Shown here: one piece after another, positions 1-12,902 of the stretch | How positions within the stretch are numbered: the first letter of the stretch is position 1 | Layout of the letters: each line of letters starts with the position of its first letter | Notes under the pieces: model-generated | What the model saw: the letters and a program-made list of their open reading frames with translations, nothing else | The model's database searches: none | Told to the model about the DNA's origin: nothing | DNA from: Eledone cirrhosa | Taxonomy: Eukaryota | Reading direction: 5' to 3' | Assembly: GCA_964016885.1 (NCBI GenBank) | Contig: OZ024741.1 | Location: 337,776,001 to 337,840,000, forward strand | Length of the DNA stretch: 64,000 bases | Position numbers and translations under genes: made by a program

Positions 1-460
1 CATTTTAGTAAATGCCTCCAAGTTCATCATTAATTGATTCCAATATGGTGTATTTCATTAGAAATATGATAATGCAAAGGTCAATGGTTGCCTTATCTTT
101 ATTAGAGTAGGACGTGATGAAGTATCATTCATATTCTATATTGGGGTGGGGGCTTAATAGTGAACTGCTATCCTGATGTGATAAAACTTTCATATATTAC
201 CTTGCCATATGATAATTTGTGAACAGTTAAAGATTTCAATATTTTTCTAAATGTGTCTGTGTCTGTTCCAAAAAAAATAAATTACTATTTTTTATGCAAT
301 ATCATATAGAAACAAACTTAATCCTTACCAATGTCACTTCACTGATGAACTTAGCCAAACAAACATTTTAACTATAATATATCACTGTAAATATTGTTGT
401 TTGTAAATTTGTAAATGTATGTTTGTATACTTACATGTATATCTATCTAAATATATATAT

Positions 461-1474
461 CATCATCATCATCATCATCATCATCAACGTTTAACGTCCG
501 TGTTCCACGCTTGCATGGGTTTGGACGGGGGTAGTCCCACTTGAGGCAAGAGTGATTGTCTTGCTCGCATAGGACTGTCTGGCAGGTTTTCTACAGTTGG
601 ATGCCCTTCCTAACACCAACCACATTTACAGTGTGAGTCTGGGAGGTTTTTACCGTGTTGCCTACACGGCCACATTACAGCGTGGACTGTGTGTTTTTTT
701 GTCGTGACACCTACACGATCTCATTTGTTTCGGCCTCGATGGCGCGGCACCAACATAACTTTACATAGAACGGGGTGGTGTGGATGGGGTGGGGGTGGGG
801 GTGGTGGGACGGGGTGTATTTTGTTAGAGATGCCTACTGGCTGGAGTAGGTTTTACTATATATTTAGGTAAGGCGGGTCTTCTCTGTTACTGAGTACCGC
901 CAAAGGTCTCGGTCCAGTGACATTGTCTTGGAGAGGTGTAAGTGTGTGATGTCGGAGTTTATCAGCTCGTCCCAGGTTTTTCTAGGTCTGCCTATTCCGT
1001 GACTACCGTCTATCTTTATTGCCCTGCACTTTGTTATACAGCTATCGACTTTCATGCGCATCACGTGTCCATACCAACGTAGCCTTCTCTCGAGTAAACA
1101 ACATCTGATCCCTCTTATCTCTAATTTTTTCCTTAGTTCGTTTATGCTTTGCCGTTCACGTATATTACTGTTACACATCCAGCGGAGCATGCAAGCTTCG
1201 TTCCTCTCTAGTCTGCGTATATCCTCTGCACACAATGCCCAGGTCTCACTGCCATGCAGCATTGCTGTTCGTATGCAGGCATCGTACAACCTGCCTTTCA
1301 TTTTTAGTGAGAACCCTTTAGCAGCTAATAGTGGTATAAGCTCTCTGAACTTTTTCCAACCAGTTCTGACTCTAGCTACAGTACTTTCAGAGCACCCTCC
1401 CCCACTGCTGATTTTATCGCCCAGGTAACGGAAGCTGTCCACTATTTCTATAGAACCCTCTGCGCAATTGAAAG
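461..1474 (-). mobile_element. RTE-clade LINE, 5'-truncated 3' end with (GAT)n tail
   Basis: ORF 864..1691: FRYLGD...MLHGSETW...RRLRWYGHVMRM...GRPRKTW; 3'UTR then (GAT)n. Confidence 0.9.
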
Positions 1475-1594
1475 ATATATACATATATATATTATTCAAT
1501 TGATGAAAGTTGTAACCACTCTGACATCTTTGAAATACACATAAAAGAATTATGTAATAAAAAGACATACAAATAAAACAGACTCTCTTATTCA

Positions 1595-1662
<68 letters not shown>

Positions 1663-2215
1663 ACATTCAAATATATTTCCATTCCTAACATTATTTTTCC
1701 AAATAGCTACTGTAACCAACAAACATGCTGTATTAATATATCTGCTTGCCTTTATATAAATTTTTTTTTTTTTAAAATGGTGTGTGTAACTAAATATATA
1801 TATATATATATATATATATCATCATTTTATCATATCATCATTTTACGTCCGCTTTTCCCTGCTTGCAAGGGTGGGACGGGAACTGATTCTGGCTTGATTT
1901 CTACAGCTGGATGCTCTTCCTAACACCAACCTCATTTACAGTGAGTGCTGGGTGCTTTTTTGCCATGGCACCTCCACGACCACTTTGCAGTGGAATGATA
2001 TGAACCCCAGTCCCTATCATCTCATTTCTACAGCTGAGTAAACTGGAGCAATGTGAAATAAAGTGCCTTGCTCAAGGAGACAACACATCACCCGGTCTGA
2101 GAATTGAACACACAACCTTTCGATTGCTCTAACCACTAAGCCATGTGCCTCCATATATATATATAGAGAGAGAGAGAGAAAGAAAGAGAGATAGATGTGT
2201 GTGTGTGTGTGTATA

Positions 2216-3472
2216 CAAGGTGGTATCAAAAAGTTTCCTGACTAGTTATGTTTAAAAAAAACTAACAAGTTTAACTAAGTTTTAACAGCATCTCCTTCAA
2301 AATAGTTACCTTGCACAGCAATACAGTGGTCCCATCATTCCTGCCACTCTTGGAATCTGGCCTGGAAGGCATTTTCCGTAAGTGAGTCGAGGACTTTCTG
2401 CAATTTACTCTGGATTTTGGCAACGGTGTTAAAACAGTGACCTTCAAGCTGCATTTTCAGCTTGGAGAAGAGGTGGAAGTCCACAGGTGCTAAATCTGGC
2501 AAATAGGGTGGGTGAGGAAGCAATACAACGTTGTTTTTGGTGAAAACCAATGAGTGAGGGGAGCTCGGGAACAAGGTGCATTGTCATTGTGAAGAATCCA
2601 ATTCTTGCACTCCACACATCGCTTTCACCAAACGTCCTCCCTCAAACACCACAAAACCTTGCAGTAAAACACTTGATGGTCTGGCTCTGGGGGACGAATT
2701 CTCAATGCACATTACTGTGGATGTAAAAAAAGAAAACGATGAGCATGCTCTTGATTGAGCTGTGGAGATGAAGAGCTTTTCCATTGTGTCGACTACTGCT
2801 TTGTCTCAGGGTCCTACCCATAGACCCAACTCTCATCAATGGAGATAATCCTTAACATGAAGGATGGGTCATCAGCGGTGCACTGACAGAGGTCTTGACA
2901 GACTTTAATGTAATGTTCTTTTTCCTCAGTGGTCGGCAGTGACATGCTACATGTTCAATTCAGACGTTAGGATTGCCTGCACAGACCCCTACAACATCAG
3001 CAATATCATTGATTGTCCTCCGACGATCCTCATACACAAGCTGATTAATTTTCTCCACATTTCTGGGGGTGACACTCGTGGCAGATCTTCCAGATCACTT
3101 GTCATCTTCCAGGGATGTCCTTCCAATTTTGAAGCACCTGTGTCACTCGAAACATTACATACAACCCATTGCCTCATCGTCGTAAGCTTGTCAAAGCATG
3201 CTCAATGTCTCTGTAGCAGACTTCCCAAGTTGAACGCAAAATTTCACATTGGCTATTTGTTCCAATTTTCTGTTCATGACAAAATTGCAGGCTACAGCAT
3301 ACACGTGATCACAAAAACACAAATTTCATAACTTGCAAAGTGAACAAAGCAATGTCACCCGGCGCATTGGTTACATGAAGGTCACTGCTAGCCCTTATTA
3401 CTCACGCAACTATGTTTTCCTGTCTGTGAGCGCACTACAGAACGAGCCTGGAAACTTTTTGATACCACCAAG
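2216..3472 (-). mobile_element. Full-length decayed mariner transposon (1257 bp)
   Basis: 32-bp TIRs (caaggtggtatcaaaaagtttcctgactagtt, 5 mismatches), TA on both sides, HPPYLPDLAPVDFHLF (YSPDLAP motif). Confidence 0.92.
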
Positions 3473-3594
3473 TATATAACTTTATATATAAACTCATAAA
3501 CATATGTTACTGATGTGTATGGATTATAATAAATATATCATAGCTCTGTTTATAAATATAGAGCACTCATTTTTGCTACATACTTATACATATA

Positions 3595-3636
<42 letters not shown>

Positions 3637-4136
3637 TGTATATATTATATATATATACATACACAAATATATGTATGTAAGTATGTAAGTATATATATAT
3701 ATATTTATATATATAAGTATGAATATATATGTGTGTGTTATTATTTAAATTTGAAATTGTATGAGACCATTAAAAACAAAAGCAAACAGGTTTTATTTGT
3801 ATATATATTTAAAACATTGTATTCACTTTGTAACAATTTATACAGAAATTTTTCATTAAAAGTGTATTAACTAAAAATAAATGTTTATGTCATGTTTATT
3901 TTATATTTTGTTTGATTGATTTATCTAATTGATCTCAGAATCCTAATAGAGAAATAAATCTTCATACTTACACAAGAAATCTTGCATGAATTGCTTCCCT
4001 TTCACTCATCCTCCAATTGGTTCAAAAGTTTTGACACATGAAGTTTCTACTTGGTCTTTTAACCACCTGATGATATCTTGAATAAAAAAATCAACCATAA
4101 TAATACGCTATATGTGTTTACACACACACACAAACC

Positions 4137-4188
<52 letters not shown>

Positions 4189-4947
4189 CCATATTTTTCG
4201 GAATATAAGACACACTGGAATATAGGACAGGCTCTAAATTTAACATGAATATCAAAGAAAAAGAAAATTAAGGGGAATTAACACTATCAACGCTATTAAA
4301 ATTTTAATCACTTTCAAATCTTATAAAATCATAACTATTGTCTTCCTCATTGATTTCCTGGCTGTCACCCTTATCTAGTTCCAGAAATTCATCATCTTCC
4401 TGGCATTCCTCAGGGCCATTGCTGTTTTCAGTATCATTTGTGTCGCTATCATTATACAGAAAATCATCTTCAGTGCCATCTAGGGCATTACTGATGCCAC
4501 ATTTAAAGCTTTTATAACTGTCTCGGTTTTCACAACAACCCCACAAGTTTTTCACCCACTGGGTTACCCGGGAAAATGTAGGCCTCTTCATATGTCCTGT
4601 TGGTGTCAGTTCATGTTGCAGGTCCTTCATCCAATTATCCCATTCCTCTCTCATGTGTGCCTTAAAAGGTTTGTTTAGTGAAACATTAAGGGGTTGTAAT
4701 CAAGAAGTCAGTCCACCAGGTATGACAGCTATTTCTGTGTTTAAGTTCTTTACTCTCTTTACTGTAAAAGAAAGTAGGTATACTTTCGAAAATTTAAACA
4801 AAAGTCTAAATATTTCCTACTTTTTAATTATAAAATTTTTACACACGGTAATTACCCAAAACCTGACCATCACCTTATAAGACGCACAGTGATTTTGAGG
4901 GTCAAATTTGGGAAAAAAAAGTGCATCCTATATTCCAAAAAATACAG
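4189..4947 (-). mobile_element. Internally deleted pogo-family (POGK-like) DNA transposon
   Basis: TIRs ccatatttttcggaatataagacacac / gtgcatcctatattccaaaaaatacag, TA flanks; AVIPGGLTS*LQPLNVSLNKPFKAHMREEW DDE_1 C-terminus with acidic tail. Confidence 0.88.
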
Positions 4948-5243
4948 TATATACAGGCAGTGGATGCTGTGCACTCTATTGCTGCATTAAATGTGGCTGA
5001 AACTCGAGTACGGGGATAGATTGAAGGTACCTATTTACGTATGTTGTATTGAAGCAAATAACTATATGTCTACTCTGGGATTTTACATAACATTACCTAT
5101 TGAGTACGCTGAAATATAACCGGTACTAGCACTGAAACCCATGCTAGTTCCATCGACTTGTTATATATATGTGTGTGTGTGTGTGGAAAAAATTATGACT
5201 GGAAACATTTTTTTTTTAAAAAAGGGTTTTATAAAATATATAA

Positions 5244-5283
5244 AATATTACTGGTTTCAATGAAATTCATCTTATCAAATATT
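5244..5283 (-). ncRNA. Minimal hammerhead ribozyme, U3-A8 core variant
   Basis: aatat-TTGATAA-gatga att tcatt-GAAA-ccag-TA-atatt. Confidence 0.6.
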
Positions 5284-5414
5284 AAATATTAAAATTAAAA
5301 TTAAAAAATCAAAAATTAAAGGGTTGAAGAAGGTTTGTTCATATTTTGTGTTATGAGAATGACTGACTGAATCACTTGAGAGAAATACCAAAAACAATAA
5401 GTGAAGACACAATT

Positions 5415-6930
5415 TTTGTTTCACAAACATACCCCATAACTATGGAATAATGGCAATCCAGTAGAGGCTAGACACACACCAATCTGAAATACTAACACGC
5501 ATCAACAAAGTCTTTATCATTGATAAACTCTGATTTATTCTACGGAACAATTATTTTACCTTCAATGGTTCTTTTAAAAGAAATAAAAGATTCAGCACGG
5601 CCCTCTCTGAATTGATTTGGTCACTTAAAAATAATAATATTGAATATTCCCTTTCTTGGCAGAAACTTTCTCGTGCTTTGCCTTATGAAAATGCATCTAT
5701 ATCTAAGGGATGTGACTGCTGTATCACAGAGATTCTTCACATCAGTCATAATAGACAATTAATTATAAATAAATGCTCAGAAATCTTCAGTTCTTGTCTT
5801 CATAGGGTGTTTAGTTAAATTTTAAATAAAATTTAAAAGACTATAAAATAAGTAATATAAAATTTCTTTATATATAGTTTTTAAGCTATTTTATTTTTAA
5901 ATCGTTAATAAAGCTAGATAGACCAAATAAGTATTATGGTATTTCTTAATTATAACTTTTACATCTATTTTAACTCTAATTAGTATATAAGTGAATTAAT
6001 TTTAATATAAATTGACAAATTATACATGCACTTTTCCTTTGAACTAATTTATTTATTTATTTATTAATTATTTATTAATTAATTATTAATTAATTTATTA
6101 ATCCTATATCCTGATACCCTAGCCAGCTATAATAATTCAATATAAATTGATAAATTAGGCTATTATACACGCATTTTCCCTTTGAACTAAATTAATAATC
6201 CAGTATCCTGATACCCTTGCTAGTTATAAAAGTTGTTAAATATTTTCTTCCACTCATATATCTACTATCATAAAATTGTAAACATAGATAAATTAGGCTT
6301 CAACAAATACATCTTTTCCTTTGGACCAGTTCATTAATCCCATAACATAACCTAGCCAGTTATTAAAATAGCAATGCCAACTGTTAAATTCTTTTTTTCC
6401 ATTCATGTAATATCTACTAAATTAAATTGTATACATAAACTAAGATAAATTGTCTACAAAATTAGTAATTTAAATTTTTTTTTCTTTATTATATAGTTAC
6501 ATTATTACTTTAGCATCTTCGAATATATTTTTTGGTATAGTATCTAATTTAATCTAACATAAGTTATAAATAAATATACTAATGGTCAATATTTGTTTTT
6601 GCTTTGAATTTTTTTACCAATCCTGTACCGCCATACTCTTACCAGTTCAAAAACGTCAATACAAACTGTAATATTTCTCCCACTCATATATCTTCTGTGT
6701 TGAGGCGTTTTTTGGGGGTTATTTTTTCCAAGCATATGCTTGCCAACCATGGATCTGAACAGCTCGTCTGACTGCCTGCATATCAAATGATTTCTACATC
6801 TCCTGTGGATTTTATCTGAAGAGAACATGTTTTGGCTTATGTTATACATAAGCCTTGCATCTTTGAAATACATTTAATAAAATAAATTGGAATGGTCTAA
6901 AGCAACTGTCTTTCGTTTATTATTATTATT
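5415..6930 (+). mobile_element. Penelope-like relic: RT scrap, GIY-YIG C-terminus, AT-rich 3' region and HHR
   Basis: FTNIPHNYGI..ILRNNYFTFNG at about 5415-5575; TALSELIWSLKNNNI...CDCCITE...INKCSEIFSSCLH resembles ORF 52213; HHR at 6809. Confidence 0.75.
6809..6883 (+). ncRNA. Type I hammerhead ribozyme with decayed stem III
   Basis: attttat-CTGAAGA(6816)-gaacatg..ggcttatgt tat acataagcc..catcttt-GAAA-tacatt-TA-ataaaat; about 1 kb 3' of a GIY-YIG fragment. Confidence 0.72.
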
Positions 6931-8059
6931 ATATTGGCAGTATCGGTAGAGGGTCGGACACCATGCTTTGCAGCAAAGAGTTACGGCTCTTTATGGTCTG
7001 AGTTCAAATCCCGCCGAGGTTAACTTTGCCTTTCATCCTTACGGGGTCGATAAAATAAAGTACCAGTAATACACTGGGTAATTGCTGGCCTTGTGCCAAA
7101 AGTAGAAACAATTATTATATATATATATCACAGAAAAAAGAGAATCAGTTTTGCGATGAAAGGAATTTATTGGACATATTACAATTGTTTCTCGGGCGAC
7201 CAGCTCGAGGCACAATCGATGTGGAGATCCAATCTGATTCTGAAATCGTGCAGTCCTCGGATACGTCTCAATTCTATGAAGCAGATTTTCCTTTCGTCGC
7301 AACACTGATTCTCTTCTTTCTGTGATATCATACTCTGAACTACGAGGGCATCTAGTGCTCATACGGCCCACTGCATACAGATGCTTTAAGCATCCAACAC
7401 CAATTATATATATATATACATATAAGAAAATAATTGAAAGTAGATAAATCCACTCATGTTTTAACAAGGTGCTTTGAAGCTCGGTGTATCATTCAGGTCA
7501 AATCTTGCAAGTCACAAAATCCAGGGTGTGATCTGATAGTTATGATACTGGTAGTTGAAGAAGTGAAAATCACAGACCATAAATATTCTATTCAGAGGAA
7601 ATAACTAAAGTACTCAAACACTCCTTCCAGTGAACCCCGGTCAAAAGCAACCATCTCCAACTGATCCGTTTGGAACCCAAGCATTATCAGCCAAGCTCAT
7701 GGTTGTTTTCCAACTATCTTGCTTGGTTTCTTCTACCCCTAGGACTTTTGACAGTTGGTTTGCCCATAAAATTTGTCCAGCAATTCTTTCCTGATACATT
7801 CTAACCACATACCCATAGAATTGGAGCTGTAGTCTCTCAATTCAGAGAAGTAGCAGCTCTACCTGGAGCAACTCTCTGATCTCCAAGCTATGCACTCTAT
7901 TGTGTAACATTACTCCCAATACAAGAAATAGGATTTCTATGAAGAGCTACAGTATTAATCGACAAAATTGATTAGTCAATTAATTATTTCTATGATACAC
8001 GCATCTTTCAGAATTTTAACAGGAAATCATGGATTAATTATTATATACATAAATTATAT

Positions 8060-9385
8060 CATCATCTTTACAATTCTATGTCTGACTTTCCATATTTGTA
8101 TGGCTTAGATGGGTCTTTTCTAGCATAGCATCCCCTATTTATTGCAATCCTTTGTCATTTCTATTTTGAGTTTCAGTTATTTGAGATCAGCTCTTACCAC
8201 CTCTACCCCTTTCTTTCTTAGTTTCCCTCTATTGCAGATTCCTTTCACTGAGATTTCTTGGTACATCACCCAATCATCATCAATTATACATATCACATGT
8301 CTACATCAGTGCAGTCTTTTCTGTTGCATACTACATCTAATTCTTATATCCAGCCTCTCTCAGTTGATCCTTTCTTTGTCATTCACTCATATTAACACTG
8401 AACATTCATTGGAGCATGTTCACTTAATTTCTCTCCAGCTTCCCAGATCCTCTGTACTAACTGCTTATCTCTCATTACCATGCAATATTGCACACCACAT
8501 ACAGACATCATACAACCAGGTTTTTGCTCATAGACAGAAAGCTGAATTTTTTCCATCCTGCTTTTATCCTAGCCACTATGCTCTCAAAGCACTCTCTTCT
8601 ACTGGTAATTAGACTACCTAGGTAGCAGAAGCAATCAACTACTTCCAAAGATCCTCCCTGGGATCAGATAAAGTTTATTTCATTGATGCTTTTACTACCA
8701 ACTAACCCTGGACATCTGCTACATACAAAGTCTACCCTTTCTGTTTGTTTATTACACCTCTAGCATAACCAAGATTTATATTTTCTACATCATGTAAAGT
8801 TTCTACCTATTTCTTTTCTAAATATTGAGCTCGGCCACTTCTCTGATGAGATCAGTGTCCTGTCTTCTTCCCTAATTAATAGAACTTTAGTTTTTGCCAA
8901 TTTTATTCTAATCCCTTTTCATTCTAAGTTCTGTTTCTACAGATTCAGCTATAAAAATCAGGTTGTCGGCATACAGAAGTTCCCATGAACAGCCAGTCTT
9001 AAACACCTCTGTTAGGATCTGAAGAACTATAATAAAGAGGAGGGGGCTGAGAACCAAATCCTGGTAAACTCCTACCAGTACCATGAATTATTCACTAAGC
9101 TCACTTCATACACTCACTTTACTGACAGCTCCTCTGTACATGGCTTGCGCAGTTCTCATAAGTTGCTCTTCTACACGTAGTTTCTTCAAGAATCACCAGA
9201 TGACAAATCGTGTTACTCTGTCAAAGGCCTTCTCCAGATCAATGAAAGCTACATATAATAGCTTACACTTAACTAGAAACTTTTCTTGTAGTTTTCTCAC
9301 TAAAAGGAGGACATCTGTGGTACTCGTCCCTGGTAAAAAACCAAACTTCATCTCATCTAATTTGAATCTTTCCCTAATTAGTTGT
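8060..9385 (-). mobile_element. Decayed RTE LINE RT fragment
   Basis: FGFLPG, FIDLEKAFDRV, LSPLLF, ELLYADNL, FCYLGS on minus. Confidence 0.8.
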
Positions 9386-10044
9386 GTAGTCCATCATTTT
9401 TATGCAAAGTACAATATATATATAGAGAGAGAGAGAGCGGAGGAACTCATGAGAGCCAACGGCCATCCAATAAAGTTTTTTTTTTTGGAGTGAGTGAGAG
9501 ACACTTAGTCTTCATTAAGACATCTTCTCTCTAGGAGAAGGTTACTCTGATATAAATCCTGCAACTTTGTTTGCATCCAATGATGTAGACCAGTTCTTAT
9601 TTTTGGGTAAATGCATTCAATGTTCAGAGTTGCAGCCATCATATATGTATTTCTTATATGCCCATGATGCATTTATCCTCCTTTTTATCTTTCCTATCCT
9701 ATTTCCACCCTCCTCCCATAGGATGGCGGGAGGGGCTCTTCAGTCAAGTCTATGTCTGACAACCTCTATAAGATATTTGGTGATAGGAGAGGCACTCCAC
9801 TGAAGAAACCATGCCAAAAAAAGGTTCAAGAGGACTCTTCTGTTGTATCAAGAGCACAACCTCTCTAATGTTGGTGAACTACACAACAAACACACCCTGT
9901 ACATTCTATAAAGTGGTTGGTGGTGAGAAGAGCATTCAGCCATAGAAAACTTTCCAAGCGAAGGGCTGGGAGGATTCTAGAGTTCTATCTATTATGTAAA
10001 TGTATATTGATATGAGCAACGATCATTGTTTCAGGTAAATATCA

Positions 10045-10370
10045 CTATAGGCCCCCTTTGGTCATAAATGACAATGGTTTTGCACCTAGAAAGTTCCACT
10101 CAGAGGCACAAGCCTGGGAAAGGTGTGTTTGTGGAAGACCAGCAGTCACCCAAGCATACCAGTCTCCTCTCTCCATGCCATCAATGTTATCCAAAGGAAA
10201 GGCATTGGCCATTAGTGACGTTGCATCTTGTTTCTCCAGCACAGTAAACTGGAGCACCGTGTATTAAAGTGTTTGCTCAAGGACACAACGCGTCACTCAG
10301 TCCAAGAATCAAATTCACAACCTCCTGGTTGCAAGTCCAATGATCTAACCACTAAGCCATGCACCTTCAC
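10045..10370 (-). mobile_element. tRNA-derived SINE family 2; representative copy
   Basis: Head catggcttagtggttag...gaatttgattc, core gttgtgtccttgagcaaacacttt..gctccagtttact. Related pieces near 2015, 10500, 12250, 23990, 28525-28915, 31545. Confidence 0.8.
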
Positions 10371-10649
10371 ATATCACTAAGATAGCAGTAATGTGAAGAC
10401 AAATAGCCAGATGGATTCTGAAGTCATTCAGAACAAAAGACCAGGAAATCATGTTGGTCCCGTAGACCTCAGCCAGTAATCTGTTAAATAATGGTCTTAC
10501 TAGTGGTTGAGTAGTTAGAGAATTGGATTCACAATCATGAGGTTGTGAGTTCAATTCCCGGACCAGGCGATATGTTATGTCTTTGAGCTAGACACTTTAT
10601 TTCATGTTGTTCCTTCTGTCTGGATTTGTGACCTGTAGATAGTATTAGC

Positions 10650-11100
10650 AATTGGAAAGACCAATGGGAACATTGTTTCCTTGGGCCAATTTGGGATTTT
10701 GTTGATTGACTGTCGATATATATATATGAAAGATCCTGGAAGGACAAGCACTAAACTTTAGTATTGAGAGCTGAACCAGCTCTTGAAAGAACATCACAGT
10801 ATAGTGCCAAATGTTCCATTCTCCACAAGGACCAAATGCTGTAATACAATGGATTTCAAAAACCCTCAGCTGTTTATTTAATATTCTGAAAAAAAGACCT
10901 GATAAATCTATATGGTGTGGATGTAGATGTTTTCAAGAAACAACTCGACATTCTGTTGTCTAAGGTCCTAGGTGAAGCTACATACAATACAGCAAGAAAG
11001 ACAAATGAGAGCAGAAGTGTCAAACTTCTTCATGCAACAACAGGCTGGTTAAAGAAGAGGTAACAGCTGAAAGCAGAAATAGGTGGTGCAAGGCATCCAC
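10650..11100 (+). mobile_element. Decayed CR1-group LINE 3' end
   Basis: PQLFNIL...GVDVDVFKKQLD.LLSKV C-terminal motif. Confidence 0.55.
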
Positions 11101-11169
11101 CTATTTCTGCTTTCTGACATCAATACATTCTATTACAATTCAGAGCAACAATGATAAAAACATAAACAT

Positions 11170-11290
11170 TTTATTATGCAAACTGTTTATTTAATTTTTA
11201 CCTAACTTATATTAAAAAACATTTTAAATTGCCTTAAAGACAAAATATTTTACTGAAATTAATAGCTTGATGAGACAGTAAAGTTTTATT
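11170..11290 (-). terminator. Candidate polyadenylation signals of the Pif-like gene
   Basis: AATAAA on minus at 11290-11285, 11191-11186 and 11175-11170; AT-rich context lowers specificity. Confidence 0.5.
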
Positions 11291-11428
11291 TCATATTACT
11301 TGTTAAGATATATAAGAACATAATACTTGTGTTGAAAGGAATTCCTTTATAATATATCCAACACCAAAATCAATATGCCAAGCGTCGAAATCCAAGGAAA
11401 ACGTTAGTTGACGAGATTTGTTTTATCT

Positions 11429-11449
11429 TCAACACTTCTCTACTAGGAT
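11429..11449 (-). CDS. Exon 8 coding part: ILVEKC-stop
   Basis: Acceptor cttttatatatttcag; terminal Cys as in Pif-like LamG ends; AATAAA signals downstream. Confidence 0.78.
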   Translation of the reverse strand: MLVEKC

Positions 11450-12871
11450 CTGAAATATATAAAAGCATAATATCATTAGACAAGTTAATATAATAAAATG
11501 TATAGATGGAAAAACTATCTTCTAAATTATAACAAGGGCCAAAATGGGGTTCCTCCAAACGGTCTTTGGAGTAATGTTGCTCGATAGAGGGCATAGCTTG
11601 GAGATCAGAGAGTCATTCCAGGTAGAGCTGCTACCTCTCTGAATTGAGAGATTACAGCTCTGGTTCTATGGGCATGGGGTTAGAATGTCTCAGCAAAGAA
11701 TTGCTGGACAGATTTTATGGGCAAAACCAACTGGCAGGAGACCCAGGGGTAAACTCCAAGCAAGATGGTTGGATAACAATCATAAGCTCAATTGGTCTTG
11801 CTTGGGGATCCAGCTGGATCAGTTGAAGACAGTTGCTTCTGACAGGTAGGTGGATGGAGTTATTGTACAGCAGTTGAAAGCACTGTGGGTGGGGGATAGA
11901 TGGAAGGAGGTGTTGTAGGGGAGTGAGAAGCATGCTGACAAGCAGAAGCTTAAAAGTTATTTCATCTCTCTGTAGCCTCCATGTTGATTTATTTAGCTTG
12001 CAGCAGTTAGAACTTGTTATGAAATTTTACAATGTTTCACTGGCAAATAGAAATATATCCTCCACAAAATGAAATATTACTAAAACAGAGATATCAATTA
12101 TTGAATTTATTATCAAATCAATCAAGAAGATCCCAGACTTCACTCGCTTACCAAGTGGGGTGAAACTAATCAAATTGGATCAATGAAACAATGTTTTCAT
12201 TGGTCTTTTCAATTGCTGAAACTATCTAATGATTGTAATTCCTTGTAGAAGGAACAATGTGAAATAAAGTGTCTTGCTCAAGAACATACTGTATCACACG
12301 GTTCTGGACTCAAATTCACAACCTCATGATTGTAAATCCAATTATCTAACTACTAAGCCATGCACCTTTAGAAAACAGTGATATAATCCAAGAAATATTA
12401 TCAGTTACTTACGTTTTTCATGGAACCTTTATACGAATCAAATACCAGTGAGTTTGAAAATTTCAGAGCAGAATCCTGGTGTTGAAAATCTCCTAGAAAC
12501 ACAGAATGTTGTAATTCGTGAGTTTAGTTGTTCATTTTTTAATATGATGGCAGATAATAACATAAAACAAGATTATTTTGTTTTCTTTTTTTATTAGTGG
12601 ATAAAAGGAGTGAGTGTTTGAGGACTCTGCCCCAACAACCCTCTCAGGAATAAGTGAGCAATGGAGGAGGTAGGGAAAAATCACATATCTATTGAAAGAA
12701 TATTTTTTTTAAAGATAAATTTTTATTTTAAAAAAAACACGTTTCCTTTAAAAACAGATTTAAATTAACACACCCATGTAAGGAAAAGAAGGAGAAGTGG
12801 GAAGAAGAAGAAGAAGAAGAAGAAGAAGAAGAAGAAGAAGAAGAAGAAGAAGAAGAAGAAGAAGAAGAAGA

Positions 12872-12902
<31 letters not shown>

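Noticed and set aside
1491-1550. TTGATGA..acatcttt-GAAA-tacaca-TA hammerhead-like relic
   Set aside because: Stems I and III are broken; counted only as a relic
4950-5015. GAAA-ctcgag-TA (palindromic stem III) hammerhead 3' half
   Set aside because: No CTGANGA upstream; probably a 5'-truncated pseudo-LTR, not a complete ribozyme
7170-7310. Minus-strand GAAA-caattg-TA motif
   Set aside because: No canonical core or stem I partner found
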